A stretch of 63,915 nt of DNA, filler included, from Dehalococcoidia bacterium (GTDB lineage Bacteria; Chloroflexota; Dehalococcoidia; DSTF01; JACRBR01), in the NCBI GenBank assembly GCA_041494685.1. It is 7 parts of 7 records of this genome, joined end to end, with 100 filler letters (N's around TTAATTAATTAA, not from the genome) between each part and the next. Parts side by side here need not be neighbours in the genome. Positions count along the whole stretch, not along the records: positions 22,096 to 32,383 come from JBGQBE010000068.1; 6 more parts are not named here. One strand, written 5' to 3'. This document shows positions 22,234 to 31,009 of the stretch, piece after piece. Each line of letters starts with the position of its first letter. Positions within the stretch are counted from its first letter, which is position 1. Under the pieces are notes generated by a model, which ran no database searches, was not told where the DNA came from, and saw only the letters and a list, made by a program, of their open reading frames with translations. The position numbers were made by a program, and so were the translations under genes.

Positions 22234-22491
22234 CTACCCCACCACCAGCGGCGCACTATCGTCGTACAGCCGCAGCACCCGCACCGCGCCCTTCGGACCC
22301 ACGTCCAGGCACAGGGCGCACAAAATGCACTCGTCGAGATTCTTCTCCACGATCGCCACGCCCGCGTCGCTCGCCGCGAAGATGTCCACCGGGCATACGC
22401 CCGCCAGCTTCTTCGCCAGCTCGCCGTCCGACGCCGCCGGCTCATCGACCTCGACGCGGATGAACATCCCCGAACCGTTTGCTTGCGACAT
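22234..22491 (-). CDS. Small 4Fe-4S ferredoxin-like protein
   Basis: VCPVDIF...ECILCALC; start overlaps the upstream stop. Confidence 0.85.
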   Translation of the reverse strand: MSQANGSGMFIRVEVDEPAASDGELAKKLAGVCPVDIFAASDAGVAIVEKNLDECILCALCLDVGPKGAVRVLRLYDDSAPLVVG

Positions 22492-23399
22492 CAGGAACCC
22501 ACCTTCGCCAGTCGCTGCTTTACCAGCCCCGGAATGTCCGCGATCTCTTCCGCCACCGAGATGCCCGCGTCCTTCATCCGCGCGATCTTCTCCGACGTCG
22601 TGTCCGCTTTCCCTTCCACGATCGTCCCCGCGTGCCCGAAGCGCATGCCCGGCATCTCGTCCATGAAGCGCCCCGCCATGAACGCCACGATCGGCAACCG
22701 CGACTTCGTCTCTTTCACGTACTTCGCCAGTTGCGCCTCCATCGGCCCGCCCGGCTCCGAGTAGATCACGATCGCCTTCGTCTCCGCGTCCGCCTCGAAC
22801 AGCGGCATCAGCTCCGCGTACGTGCTCCCCACGATCGCGTCGCCGCCGATGCTCACCGCCGTGCTCTGCCCCAGCCCCGACGCCGTCAGCGCGTTCGCGA
22901 TCTCCGTCGTCATCCCGCCGGAGCGCGACATGATGCCGATCGGCCCCGGCTGGTACGCCCGCCGCGCCGCCACCGCCGACCCGCCCATGCCGCCCACGCG
23001 CGTCTTGCCCGGCGACATCACCCCCAGGCAGTTCGGCCCGATCAGTCGTGCGCCGTATCGATTCGCCAGCTCCACGATCTGCGCCACTTCCAGCCGCGGG
23101 ATGCGCTCCGTCACGATCACCAGCAGCTTCACGCCGTTCTCGATCGCCTCGAACGCCGCGTCGCGGATCCCCGCGGGCGGCACCGTCAGCACCGACGCGT
23201 CGACGTGCCCCTTCGACGTGGCCTCCTTCACGGTGTCGTACACCGGCACCCCGTGCACGTCGCGTCCGCCGCGGCCCGGCGTCACGCCGCCCACGACCTT
23301 CGCGCCGTAGTCCAGGCACTCGCGCGTCATGCTCACCGCCTCGCGCCCGGTGATCCCCTGGATGATGAACGTCGTGTTCTCGTCGACCAGGATCGACAT
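22491..23399 (-). CDS. Succinyl-CoA-synthetase-family CoA ligase, alpha subunit (SucD/MtkB-like)
   Basis: QGITG, GVTPG, IGPNCLG, SRSGG, FGHAG phospho-His motif. Confidence 0.9.
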   Translation of the reverse strand: MSILVDENTTFIIQGITGREAVSMTRECLDYGAKVVGGVTPGRGGRDVHGVPVYDTVKEATSKGHVDASVLTVPPAGIRDAAFEAIENGVKLLVIVTERIPRLEVAQIVELANRYGARLIGPNCLGVMSPGKTRVGGMGGSAVAARRAYQPGPIGIMSRSGGMTTEIANALTASGLGQSTAVSIGGDAIVGSTYAELMPLFEADAETKAIVIYSEPGGPMEAQLAKYVKETKSRLPIVAFMAGRFMDEMPGMRFGHAGTIVEGKADTTSEKIARMKDAGISVAEEIADIPGLVKQRLAKVGS

Positions 23400-24608
23400 C
23401 TAAGCCCTCGCCTTCACCTTCTCGACGGCGCGCCGCGCGGCCTCCGACATCGGCACCGTGCGGTCCGCGTACTCCACGCCGTACTTCTCCAGGATCTTGT
23501 ACCCCTCATCCTCCCACGAGCCCGGGATGCGGAAGATCGCGATCTTCTCCGCCGGGTCGTACCCCGACTCCACCACGCCCTTGATCACGCCCCGCGCGAC
23601 GATGTCCACGCGCGTGTTGCTCACGACGTTCATGATCACGCAGATCTTCTCGACGCCCGGCTTGCTCAGGATCAGCTTCGTCAGCTCGCACGCCTTGCGC
23701 ACGCTCGGGTTGCCGCCGATCTCGCAGTAATTCGCCGGGTTGCCGCCGTGCTTCCGCAGCGCGTCGAAGATCGTCAGGCTGCCGCCGCCCGCGCCGATCA
23801 CGCAGCCCAGGTTGCCGTCGAACTCCACCACCCGCCCCGCGACGCCGCGGTGGTCCGACGCGTCCACTTGCGCGCCGCGGATCTCGAACTCCGTCGGCGG
23901 GCGCGCCTGCCGCGTCTCGTCCGGCGAGATCTGTAGCTCGTCCAGCACCGCCTTCTGCTGCTCGCGCGCCTCTTCCTCCATGTCGCAATGCGCGTCCAGC
24001 GCGATGATCGTGCCGTCGTCCAGCTGCGCCAGCGGGTTGATCTCCGCCAGCGTCAGCCCGTACTGCAGGAACGCCGCCGCCAGCCGCGAGATGATCCGCG
24101 AGATCTGGTTCAGCTCGTTGCCGGAGATGCCCAGCGACGACACCAGCTCCTTGAACTTGAACTCCTGCAGCGGCTGGAACGTGCTGAAGTGCACCCGCGC
24201 CACGTGCTGCGGGTGCTTCTCCGCCACCTCTTCGATGTCGATGCCGCCCATGTCGCTGAAGATCGCCACCGGCAGCTTCGCGACCGCGTCGTAGATGACG
24301 CCCGCGTAGTACTCCTTCTTCACCGGCGACTTCGACTCGATCAGCACGCAGCGCGGCAGCTGGCCGCCGATCTCCAGCTTCAGGATGCGCTCCGCGTGCG
24401 CCCGCGCCTCATCCGCCGTCTTCGCGAACTGCACGCCGCCCGCCTTCATGCGGCCGCCGCTCAGCACCTGCGACTTCAGCACAACCTCGCCGCCCACCTC
24501 CGCCGCGATCCGCGCGGCTTCGTCGGCCGTCGTGGCGGTGCCGCCCTTCGACGTCGGGACGCCCCGCCTTCGCAGCAGCGCCTTCGCCTCGAACTCGTAG
24601 AACCTCAT
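23400..24608 (-). CDS. Succinyl-CoA-synthetase-family CoA ligase, beta subunit (atypical substrate loop)
   Basis: YEFEAK, KSQVLSGGRMKAGGV, GGIDIEEVA, EINPL; GAGGGSL and PANYCEIGGNP replace canonical NGAGL/PANFLD. Confidence 0.88.
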   Translation of the reverse strand: MRFYEFEAKALLRRRGVPTSKGGTATTADEAARIAAEVGGEVVLKSQVLSGGRMKAGGVQFAKTADEARAHAERILKLEIGGQLPRCVLIESKSPVKKEYYAGVIYDAVAKLPVAIFSDMGGIDIEEVAEKHPQHVARVHFSTFQPLQEFKFKELVSSLGISGNELNQISRIISRLAAAFLQYGLTLAEINPLAQLDDGTIIALDAHCDMEEEAREQQKAVLDELQISPDETRQARPPTEFEIRGAQVDASDHRGVAGRVVEFDGNLGCVIGAGGGSLTIFDALRKHGGNPANYCEIGGNPSVRKACELTKLILSKPGVEKICVIMNVVSNTRVDIVARGVIKGVVESGYDPAEKIAIFRIPGSWEDEGYKILEKYGVEYADRTVPMSEAARRAVEKVKARA

Positions 24609-25069
24609 TCGTGTCCCTCCGGGTTGTCGACGGCCGTGCCGAGCGCGAAAGCCGCATCTCGCAGGCGCCGATCCGCTGCCACCAGCACGCCGCTCTCGGA
24701 CGCGGCCTGCCGCGCCAGTATGAATGACCTCTGCGCAGTCGCAAGATGAATCGCGTCCAACGTTCGCAGCCCGGCGCTGGGCGGGTCGCGCAGAAGGATC
24801 GCGGCCGCATCATCGATCACCTCGGGAGAGACTCCCATGACCTGAAAACGGTCCGTGTGTGCCAGGAACGTATCGAACAACCGCTTGCGTTGGCCTGCGT
24901 CAATCGTGCCCTCCCGAACGCGGCGCGACAACGCCGAGGCGACTTCCGAGACCGTCAGCATAGAGATGGCAATCGTCCCTGAAACGACGAGTTCCTCGAT
25001 CCAAGCGGAACCCTTCTCCGGCAGATATGCCTTGATCAGCGCACTCGAATCGAGATAGTAGAGGGGCAA
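24605..25069 (-). CDS. vapC: VapC/PIN-domain toxin
   Basis: YLDSSALIKAY.PEKGS, SEVASAL, LRTLDAIHLA, ADRRL. Confidence 0.92.
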   Translation of the reverse strand: MPLYYLDSSALIKAYLPEKGSAWIEELVVSGTIAISMLTVSEVASALSRRVREGTIDAGQRKRLFDTFLAHTDRFQVMGVSPEVIDDAAAILLRDPPSAGLRTLDAIHLATAQRSFILARQAASESGVLVAADRRLRDAAFALGTAVDNPEGHE

Positions 25070-25070
25070 C

Positions 25071-25388
25071 TCAGTAGTCGTACGATTCGCGTTCGTCGAT
25101 GATCGTTTGCGAGAGGGGAGGCTCGAGCACAGGCAACGACGCCCGGAACGCCGCCAGATCGAAGTCCTCGGGAAGCGGCTTCAGCCCCCACTTAACGAGA
25201 TCGACCTTCACGGTGATCGGCGCCAGCGCCCGGCGAACGCGCTCGCGGCGGTCCCCCGCGTCATCGTGCGGGTGCCGCCGCCCCAGGCCCAACGCCTGCC
25301 GCAGGCCCGACACGATCGCACCAGCACCCCCGGCAAGGAGCGCGAGCACGCCGAGCGCGACAGCCAGGCCGACAGTGTTTCGTCTCAT
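25071..25388 (-). CDS. Putative antitoxin with hydrophobic N-terminus
   Basis: Ends PPLSQTIIDER (antitoxin-like) 1 nt before vapC; begins with VGLAVALGVLALLAGGAGAIV. Confidence 0.65.
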   Translation of the reverse strand: MRRNTVGLAVALGVLALLAGGAGAIVSGLRQALGLGRRHPHDDAGDRRERVRRALAPITVKVDLVKWGLKPLPEDFDLAAFRASLPVLEPPLSQTIIDERESYDY

Positions 25389-25470
25389 AACCCTAATATC
25401 GTACCGAATCCACGATCTCGAACCCGCCCGACGAGGCACCGCCCCCTTCAAACCACCGCTACGCCCGCCT

Positions 25471-25501
25471 CTTTGCTGTTTGCTCTTTGCTGTTTGCTGT
25501 A
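25471..25501. repeat. Heptamer tandem repeat (TTTGCTG)4
   Basis: tttgctg tttgctc tttgctg tttgctg. Confidence 0.75.
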
Positions 25502-25518
25502 GGCGCGCGCCAGCGCGC

Positions 25519-26547
25519 CTACGCCACCCGCCCCATCACCTCGAGGATGTCGTACCCCGACACTTCCTTCGACTTCGCCGATAGCTCCGCCAGGTACTCC
25601 GCCGATACCTTCCCGGCCTGCACCGCCTTCGCCAGGTCCATCAGCATGCCCTTCGTCGTCGCCTCGTCGTAGAACTCCCCCGTCTCCGGGTCCGCGATCG
25701 AGCCGCCGCCCAGCCGGTGATACACCTCCAGCGACCGCTTCGTCTTCTCGATCTGCGCGTCGTCCGGCGTGAAGCACTCGTTCGCGATCTCCGCCTGCTG
25801 CGGGTGGATCACCCACGTCCCGTCCATCCCCAGGTCGCGCGAGCCGATGTTCTTCTCGCGCAGCTGCTCCTTGATCACCGCCGCCTCCTCGGGCGACGTG
25901 TCCGGCCGGATCAGCCGCAGAAACGCGTTGTCGATCGCGTGCAGCGCCGCCGCCTTCGCCGCCACCGCCGTCGCCTGCTTCGCGTAATGGAAGTTGCGGT
26001 TCTGGTTGTCGATCATCTCCCGCACGCCCATCGTCGAGCTGAAGTCCGCGATGCCGAAGATCAGCCCCGCCATCCGCGGCGACGCCTTCGCGATCTGATA
26101 CGCGTTCACCACCGCCAGCGGCGTCTCGATCAGCGCCTCGATCTGCACGTGCGTCGTCCAGCCGCCCTGCTCCTCCAGCGCGTCCAGCAGCCGCGACAGG
26201 TGCACGATGTCGTCCGGCGTCTCCGTCTTCGGCAGGATGATGCCGTGGAACTTGTCCGGCGCCCCCAGCATGATCGCCGTCACGTCCCCCAGGAAGTACT
26301 TCGACCGGATGTTGTTCGGCCGGATCGCCACCACCTTCGTGCCGTAGTCGATCGTGTTCAGCGCCTCGACCAGCACCTTCCGCGACGCGTCGCCCTTGAA
26401 CTCGTACGGGCACGCATCCTCGAAGTCCGGCATCACGTGGTCCACCGCCGCCTTCGCCGCGTTCTGGTTCATCTTCAGCGTGTGGCACGGATACGTCAGC
26501 TCCGTCCGCGGAATGACGATCCGCCCCTGCTTCTGCATGATGTACAT
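25519..26547 (-). CDS. mcl: CitE-superfamily CoA-ester lyase, likely malyl-CoA/beta-methylmalyl-CoA lyase
   Basis: RTELTYP, DFEDA, ILPK, LIETP, FGIADF, WVIHPQQ; AAGGGAG RBS; next to mcd and mch. Confidence 0.75.
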   Translation of the reverse strand: MYIMQKQGRIVIPRTELTYPCHTLKMNQNAAKAAVDHVMPDFEDACPYEFKGDASRKVLVEALNTIDYGTKVVAIRPNNIRSKYFLGDVTAIMLGAPDKFHGIILPKTETPDDIVHLSRLLDALEEQGGWTTHVQIEALIETPLAVVNAYQIAKASPRMAGLIFGIADFSSTMGVREMIDNQNRNFHYAKQATAVAAKAAALHAIDNAFLRLIRPDTSPEEAAVIKEQLREKNIGSRDLGMDGTWVIHPQQAEIANECFTPDDAQIEKTKRSLEVYHRLGGGSIADPETGEFYDEATTKGMLMDLAKAVQAGKVSAEYLAELSAKSKEVSGYDILEVMGRVA

Positions 26548-26566
26548 CGTTGCTCCCTTCGGTCGC

Positions 26567-26638
26567 AGAACCAAGAACCAAGAACCGACGACGAAACAAG
26601 CTCAGGTTCTAGGTTCTAGGTTCTGGGTTCTGGCTTCT
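26567..26638. repeat. Inverted heptamer arrays (AGAACCA)n/(GGTTCTA)n overlapping the mcd 3' end
   Basis: agaacca agaacca agaacc ... aggttct aggttct aggttct gggttct ggcttct. Confidence 0.8.
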
Positions 26639-28297
26639 CCCGCCCGCCACCAGCGCCCGCGCGATCACCTTCAGCTCCAGCGTCGCCTTCACGCCCTCGA
26701 AGATCGGCAGCACCTGCGCGTCCGCCACGTACCGGCTGATCCGGTCCTCCTCCGCGTAGCCCCAGCCGCCGTGCAGCAGCTGCGCCTCCTGCGTCGCCCA
26801 CACCGCCACGTCCGACGCGAACAGCTTCGCCATCGCCGGCCCCAGCGGCGCCCGCGCCTTCGGGTCCGTCTCGCGCGCCACGTCGTACGTCAGCTGCCGC
26901 GCCGCCGCGATCCGCGTCGCCATCAGCCCGATCTTGTACTGCGTTAGCTGGTACTGCGCGATCGGCTTGCCGAACTGCACGCGCTGCGTCACGTACGCGC
27001 ACGCCTTCTCCAGCCCCGCCTGCGCCACGCCCAGCGCCCGCCCGCCCGTCTGCAGCCGCCCGATCGCGAAGCCCCCGAGCGTCAGATAGAAGCCGCGCCC
27101 GACACCCTTCGCCTCGCCGACCAGGTTCTCCGACGGCACGAACACGTCCTCCAGGTTCAGGACGTACGAATGCATGCCGCGGTAGCCCGGCGTCGGGATC
27201 GCCTCCCCCGTCAGCACGCCGCCCGTCGGCTGCCGGTACTCGAACTTGTGCCCGTCGAACGTATCCTTCGGCACGATGAACAGCGACAGCCCCGCGTAGC
27301 CCTTGCTCGCGTCCGGGTCCGTGCGCGCCAGCAGCGCCAGCACGTTCGCGCGCCCCGCGAACGTGCACCACGCCTTCGCGCCGTTGAGCAGCCAGCCCCG
27401 CTTGCCGCCGACTTCCGCCGGCGTCGCCTTGCACTGCACCGACGCCACGTCCGACCCCACGTCCGGCTCCGTCACCGAGATGCCGACCAGCACCTCGCCC
27501 GTCGCCAGCCGCGGCAGCCACGTCCGCTTCTGCTCCTCCGTGCCGCCCTCGAGCAGCGCCCGCGTCAGGATCTCCGACCGCGTCAGCAGGCTCCCCGCGA
27601 TCAGCGACGCCGCCGACAGCTCCTCCGTCAGCACGATCATCGTCAGGTAGCCCATCTCCGTGCCGCCGAACTCGTCCGGCACCGAGCTGCCGAAGAACCC
27701 CAGCTCCGCGAACTGCTTGATCAGCGACTCCGGCACCAGCAGGTCCTCGCGGTGGATGCGGTCCGCCAGCGCCACGCCGTCCTCCTCGCGCAGCACCTCC
27801 TGCTTCGCGAACTGCCGCGCGAACGCCCGCGTCGACGCCGCGTCCTCGTTGTCCAGCTCCACGCCGTTGACGCCGCGCCCTTCGATCACCTGCGCACCGA
27901 TGCGCCGCAGCCGCGCGTCGTCGAGCCCGCCGCGGATCAGCGCGCGTGTCTCCTCGCTCACCGCCGGCAGGTCCGCGAAGTCGCCCGGGTGCGCCTCGCG
28001 GATCGCGATCGTCTTGTGCGCGACCTCCGCCGCGTACGCGTACGCCTCGTCCTCGCTCACCGCGTCCGCGCGGCCCGATGCCGCCAGCCGCTCGGCGTAG
28101 CCGGCCAGCGACCGCGCGGCGCGCGCCTCCGTCGCCAGCACCGCCAGCCGCTCGCACAGCACCTGGTGGTCGTCGATCTTCGCCCCCCCCTCCGTCAGCT
28201 CCGCCGCCCGCGCGATGGCTGCGGCGGCCATCGCCTCCGCCTCGCCCGCAAGCCGGTGCGCCGCGACGAGCGCGCTGGTCGTAGCCTCGGTGGTCAT
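26609..28297 (-). CDS. mcd: Acyl-CoA dehydrogenase, likely (2S)-methylsuccinyl-CoA dehydrogenase
   Basis: 562 aa with N-terminal extension; GSLLTRSEI, TEPDVGSD, GYRGM, RLQTGGRA, HGGWGYA, IFEG; context with mch and mcl. Confidence 0.8.
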   Translation of the reverse strand: MTTEATTSALVAAHRLAGEAEAMAAAAIARAAELTEGGAKIDDHQVLCERLAVLATEARAARSLAGYAERLAASGRADAVSEDEAYAYAAEVAHKTIAIREAHPGDFADLPAVSEETRALIRGGLDDARLRRIGAQVIEGRGVNGVELDNEDAASTRAFARQFAKQEVLREEDGVALADRIHREDLLVPESLIKQFAELGFFGSSVPDEFGGTEMGYLTMIVLTEELSAASLIAGSLLTRSEILTRALLEGGTEEQKRTWLPRLATGEVLVGISVTEPDVGSDVASVQCKATPAEVGGKRGWLLNGAKAWCTFAGRANVLALLARTDPDASKGYAGLSLFIVPKDTFDGHKFEYRQPTGGVLTGEAIPTPGYRGMHSYVLNLEDVFVPSENLVGEAKGVGRGFYLTLGGFAIGRLQTGGRALGVAQAGLEKACAYVTQRVQFGKPIAQYQLTQYKIGLMATRIAAARQLTYDVARETDPKARAPLGPAMAKLFASDVAVWATQEAQLLHGGWGYAEEDRISRYVADAQVLPIFEGVKATLELKVIARALVAGGRSQNPEPRT

Positions 28298-28391
28298 GCT
28301 CTATCCCCTCGATCGCAGATACCCGCGCGACGCGCGCAGCGCCCCATTCTACGCGTCCGCCCGCTTACGCTCACGCTCGCCGGCCGGGAAC

Positions 28392-28565
28392 CCGCAGATG
28401 ACGAAGATGGCCGCAGATGAAGAGGAAGGGCTCCACCGATGTCCCTCGGTTAGGCGTTGCGGTTAGGCTGTCGCAGATTCACCCGCCCACAAAATAGGCG
28501 CCCATCGGCGCCATCGGCGGGTCACCCCGCCCCAACCCATCTGCGTCCATCTGCGTCATCTGCGG
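28392..28565. repeat. GCAGATG-based inverted-repeat element, copy 2
   Basis: ccgcagatgacgaagatggccgcagatg versus the reverse complement of catctgcgtccatctgcgtcatctgcgg: 26/28 match. Confidence 0.8.
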
Positions 28566-28569
28566 ATAG

Positions 28570-29652
28570 TCACCCCGCCGCGATAGCCCGCCGAGGGATC
28601 AGCGCCACGTAGTCCAGGTCCAGCACCACGTTCGCGTCGTACCGCTCCCGCCCGTCCTCGCCTGCCACCTTCAGCGACACCTCTTCGCGCGACGGATCGA
28701 CGTTCTTCACCGCCACCAGCCGCAGCCGCAGCGCCCCAACGTCCGCGCGCCCCAGGTCGATGCGACCCAGCACGTCCGTCCACGCGAACAGCGTGTCCCC
28801 CGCGAACGTCGGGTTCGTGTGCGAGCCGCCGTTCCACGCCGCGATCCCCACCACGTTCTCCAGCCCGTCGTACGAAAGCGCGTGCGCCACCGAGATCACG
28901 TGCCCGCCGTAGACGATCCGCCGCCCGTGCCGCGATGCCTGCTGCTGGTGCTGGTTGAAGTGCACCCGCGCCGTGTTCTGGTACAGCCGCGTCGCCAGCT
29001 GGTGCTCCGCTTCCTCCAGCGTCATCCCCTGCGGATGCGACAGCCGCTGCCCGGCCTCGTAGTCCTCCCAGAACAGCCCGCCGCCCGTCGCCCGCGCGTC
29101 GAACCGCGTCATCGCCGGCCACGCGATCTGCTCCAGCGACGCCTCCGCCGGCATCTCGGGCGCGCTGTCCGCGCCCGTCGGCGTGCCCGGGTCGCGCTTG
29201 TTCACCATCACCCAGCGATAGAACTGCAGCACCCGCTCGTCGCGCTGGTTGTACCCCACCGTCCGCACCCAGACGACGCCCGTGTCGCCCTTCGACGTCT
29301 CCCGCCAGCCCAGCGTCTCCGTCTCCGCCCGCAGCGTGTCGCCCGTGAACACGGGCCGCAGGAACCGCAGGTCCGCGTACCCCAGGTTCCCCGGCGAGTT
29401 CAGCGATATCTCGCCCACCGTCCGCCCGAACACGATGTGGAACACCAGCAGGTCGTGTACCGGCGCCCGCTCGAACCCCACGCTGCGCGCGAACTCGTCC
29501 GAGCAGCGCGTCGGGTTCCGGTCGCCCGTCAGCGCGATGTACAGCGCCGTATCCCCGTCCGTGATCGTCCGCGGCACCGGGTTGATCAGCCGCTGCCCCG
29601 GCCCCAGATCCTCAAAGAAGTTCCCGCCAAGCTTCATGGATTTACCAGTCAC
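28570..29652 (-). CDS. mch: Double-MaoC hydratase, mesaconyl-C1-CoA hydratase
   Basis: GNFFED, VPRTIT, SDEFAR, FHIVFGRTV.EISLN..NLGYA, VHFN, YGGHVIS; start uncertain (29637/29652/29670). Confidence 0.85.
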   Translation of the reverse strand: MTGKSMKLGGNFFEDLGPGQRLINPVPRTITDGDTALYIALTGDRNPTRCSDEFARSVGFERAPVHDLLVFHIVFGRTVGEISLNSPGNLGYADLRFLRPVFTGDTLRAETETLGWRETSKGDTGVVWVRTVGYNQRDERVLQFYRWVMVNKRDPGTPTGADSAPEMPAEASLEQIAWPAMTRFDARATGGGLFWEDYEAGQRLSHPQGMTLEEAEHQLATRLYQNTARVHFNQHQQQASRHGRRIVYGGHVISVAHALSYDGLENVVGIAAWNGGSHTNPTFAGDTLFAWTDVLGRIDLGRADVGALRLRLVAVKNVDPSREEVSLKVAGEDGRERYDANVVLDLDYVALIPRRAIAAG

Positions 29653-29713
29653 CACATCAAAGACGCGCACCTTCGGTGCGCGTCGAATGACAGCCTTCTG
29701 CGAACCTCAGAGA

Positions 29714-29920
29714 CTAAGACACGGGCTGTATCCATGCCTCCGGAATCGTGATCTCATCACTCTCGGGAGTCTGAACGATCCCCTTCACTTGATATGAGCC
29801 ATCTCGGTTTCGGCGAGAGATCTCAACGCCGTTGAAGGTGTTGTTTGACAGCGTTAGGCCGCCGACGTATATCGTGCCCTTCTGCACTACCTTCACCTTG
29901 TCTCCGGGCTTAAATTCCAT
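29714..29920 (-). CDS. Small hypothetical protein, possible SH3/KOW-like barrel
   Basis: GGAGG RBS; MEFKPGDKVKVV...IPEAWIQPV. Confidence 0.65.
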   Translation of the reverse strand: MEFKPGDKVKVVQKGTIYVGGLTLSNNTFNGVEISRRNRDGSYQVKGIVQTPESDEITIPEAWIQPVS

Positions 29921-30009
29921 GACCAGGCCTCCTGGCTCAGTATACTCTCTCAGGTCTGCGTTTGGATCCCGTGTCGGACGGTCGGACTCACGCTAGATGG
30001 AGCAGCACT

Positions 30010-30717
30010 GTGGCCAACGTCCAACGCTATGTCTCCGATGAGTTGACTCATTTCTTGGGTAGCGGAAAGACCGCGGCGGAGCAATACGAGCTGCTGAAGG
30101 CCATCCTTCATGAAGGTCGCCTGGCTCAGCCTTCATTCGCTTTCGATCGGCCACCCGAACTGACTGTCAACTACGCGGGCAGCATCTGCAATGACGACAT
30201 GTTCAGCCCGCAGATCATTTGCTTCTGCGACATTCCGGTGGCCGACCTAGACATCCACATGCGAAAGTACAGTCGCTTCGGCGTCTCCTTCAGGAAAGAA
30301 TTCCTTGTGCCTCTTGGAGCTACGCCTGTCTTCTACGTTGCGAAGAACGCTCTCGCGCCGCCGGAGACAAGATGCGACTACTTTGATCGAATGCTCAAGG
30401 ACAGTGAAGACTTACTGGCAATGTTCCAACGATGGATCAGTTCTTCGCGGATCGACGAAGCTCCAGATCTCACGCGTCGACTTGTCGAGTTTCGCCGTTT
30501 CTTGGACTTCGGCGTATTCAGCTTCGTCAAGTTCTTCGACGATACATATCCGGAAGATCATGAGGAGAACTTCTACATGGAACGAGAGTGGCGGCTTCTC
30601 GGCGGAGTAGGCTTTGCCCTCGACAACATTGCAAGGATCATCATCCCACGGGACTACGCGAAGCGCTTTCGCAGCGAGGTTCCGAACTATTTCGGTCAAC
30701 TGACTTTCGTCGACTGA
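30010..30717 (+). CDS. AbiGi-family (abortive infection) protein
   Basis: YVSDELTHF, ICFCDIP, HMRKYSRFGVSF, GATPVFY, FYMEREWR; lower GC; opposite strand to the operon. Confidence 0.8.
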   Translation: MANVQRYVSDELTHFLGSGKTAAEQYELLKAILHEGRLAQPSFAFDRPPELTVNYAGSICNDDMFSPQIICFCDIPVADLDIHMRKYSRFGVSFRKEFLVPLGATPVFYVAKNALAPPETRCDYFDRMLKDSEDLLAMFQRWISSSRIDEAPDLTRRLVEFRRFLDFGVFSFVKFFDDTYPEDHEENFYMEREWRLLGGVGFALDNIARIIIPRDYAKRFRSEVPNYFGQLTFVD

Positions 30718-30724
30718 ACCGGTT

Positions 30725-30880
30725 TCTCAACACTACCGCGTCCGCGCGCCGCTTGAGATTCACCAGTAACGCGCGCGTCATGATGAACGCCGGCGGGGCC
30801 ACCAGCCACGGCACCACCGCGCGCTGCACCGGCGACGCGATGCCGACGCGGCTGCGCGACACCACCAGCATCGCGCCCCA
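30725..30880 (-). pseudogene. Possible C-terminal gene remnant (SRPBCC-like)
   Basis: High-GC3 stretch reading LVVSRSR...PPAFIMTRALLVNLKRRAD with no convincing start. Confidence 0.3.
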
Positions 30881-30928
30881 CCGCTCACGGCGCAGCCCGC
30901 GTCGCTACGCGCGGCCACGCACCGCTGC

Positions 30929-30998
30929 CTGACACGCCCCGCTAGGAGATCCGCCCCGCCATCCCCTACGATCGCCGCCGGTGGAGTGCGCCCGGCGC
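30929..30998. repeat. 70-bp direct repeat, left copy
   Basis: 63/70 identical to 31993-32062 (ctgaca...gctaggagatccgccccg...gagtgcgcccggcgc). Confidence 0.9.
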
Positions 30999-31009
30999 TG
31001 GCGCGGAAG

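Noticed and set aside
22491..24608. Assigning the symbols sucC/sucD
   Set aside because: Substrate-loop motifs deviate from succinyl-CoA synthetase and the context suggests another substrate.
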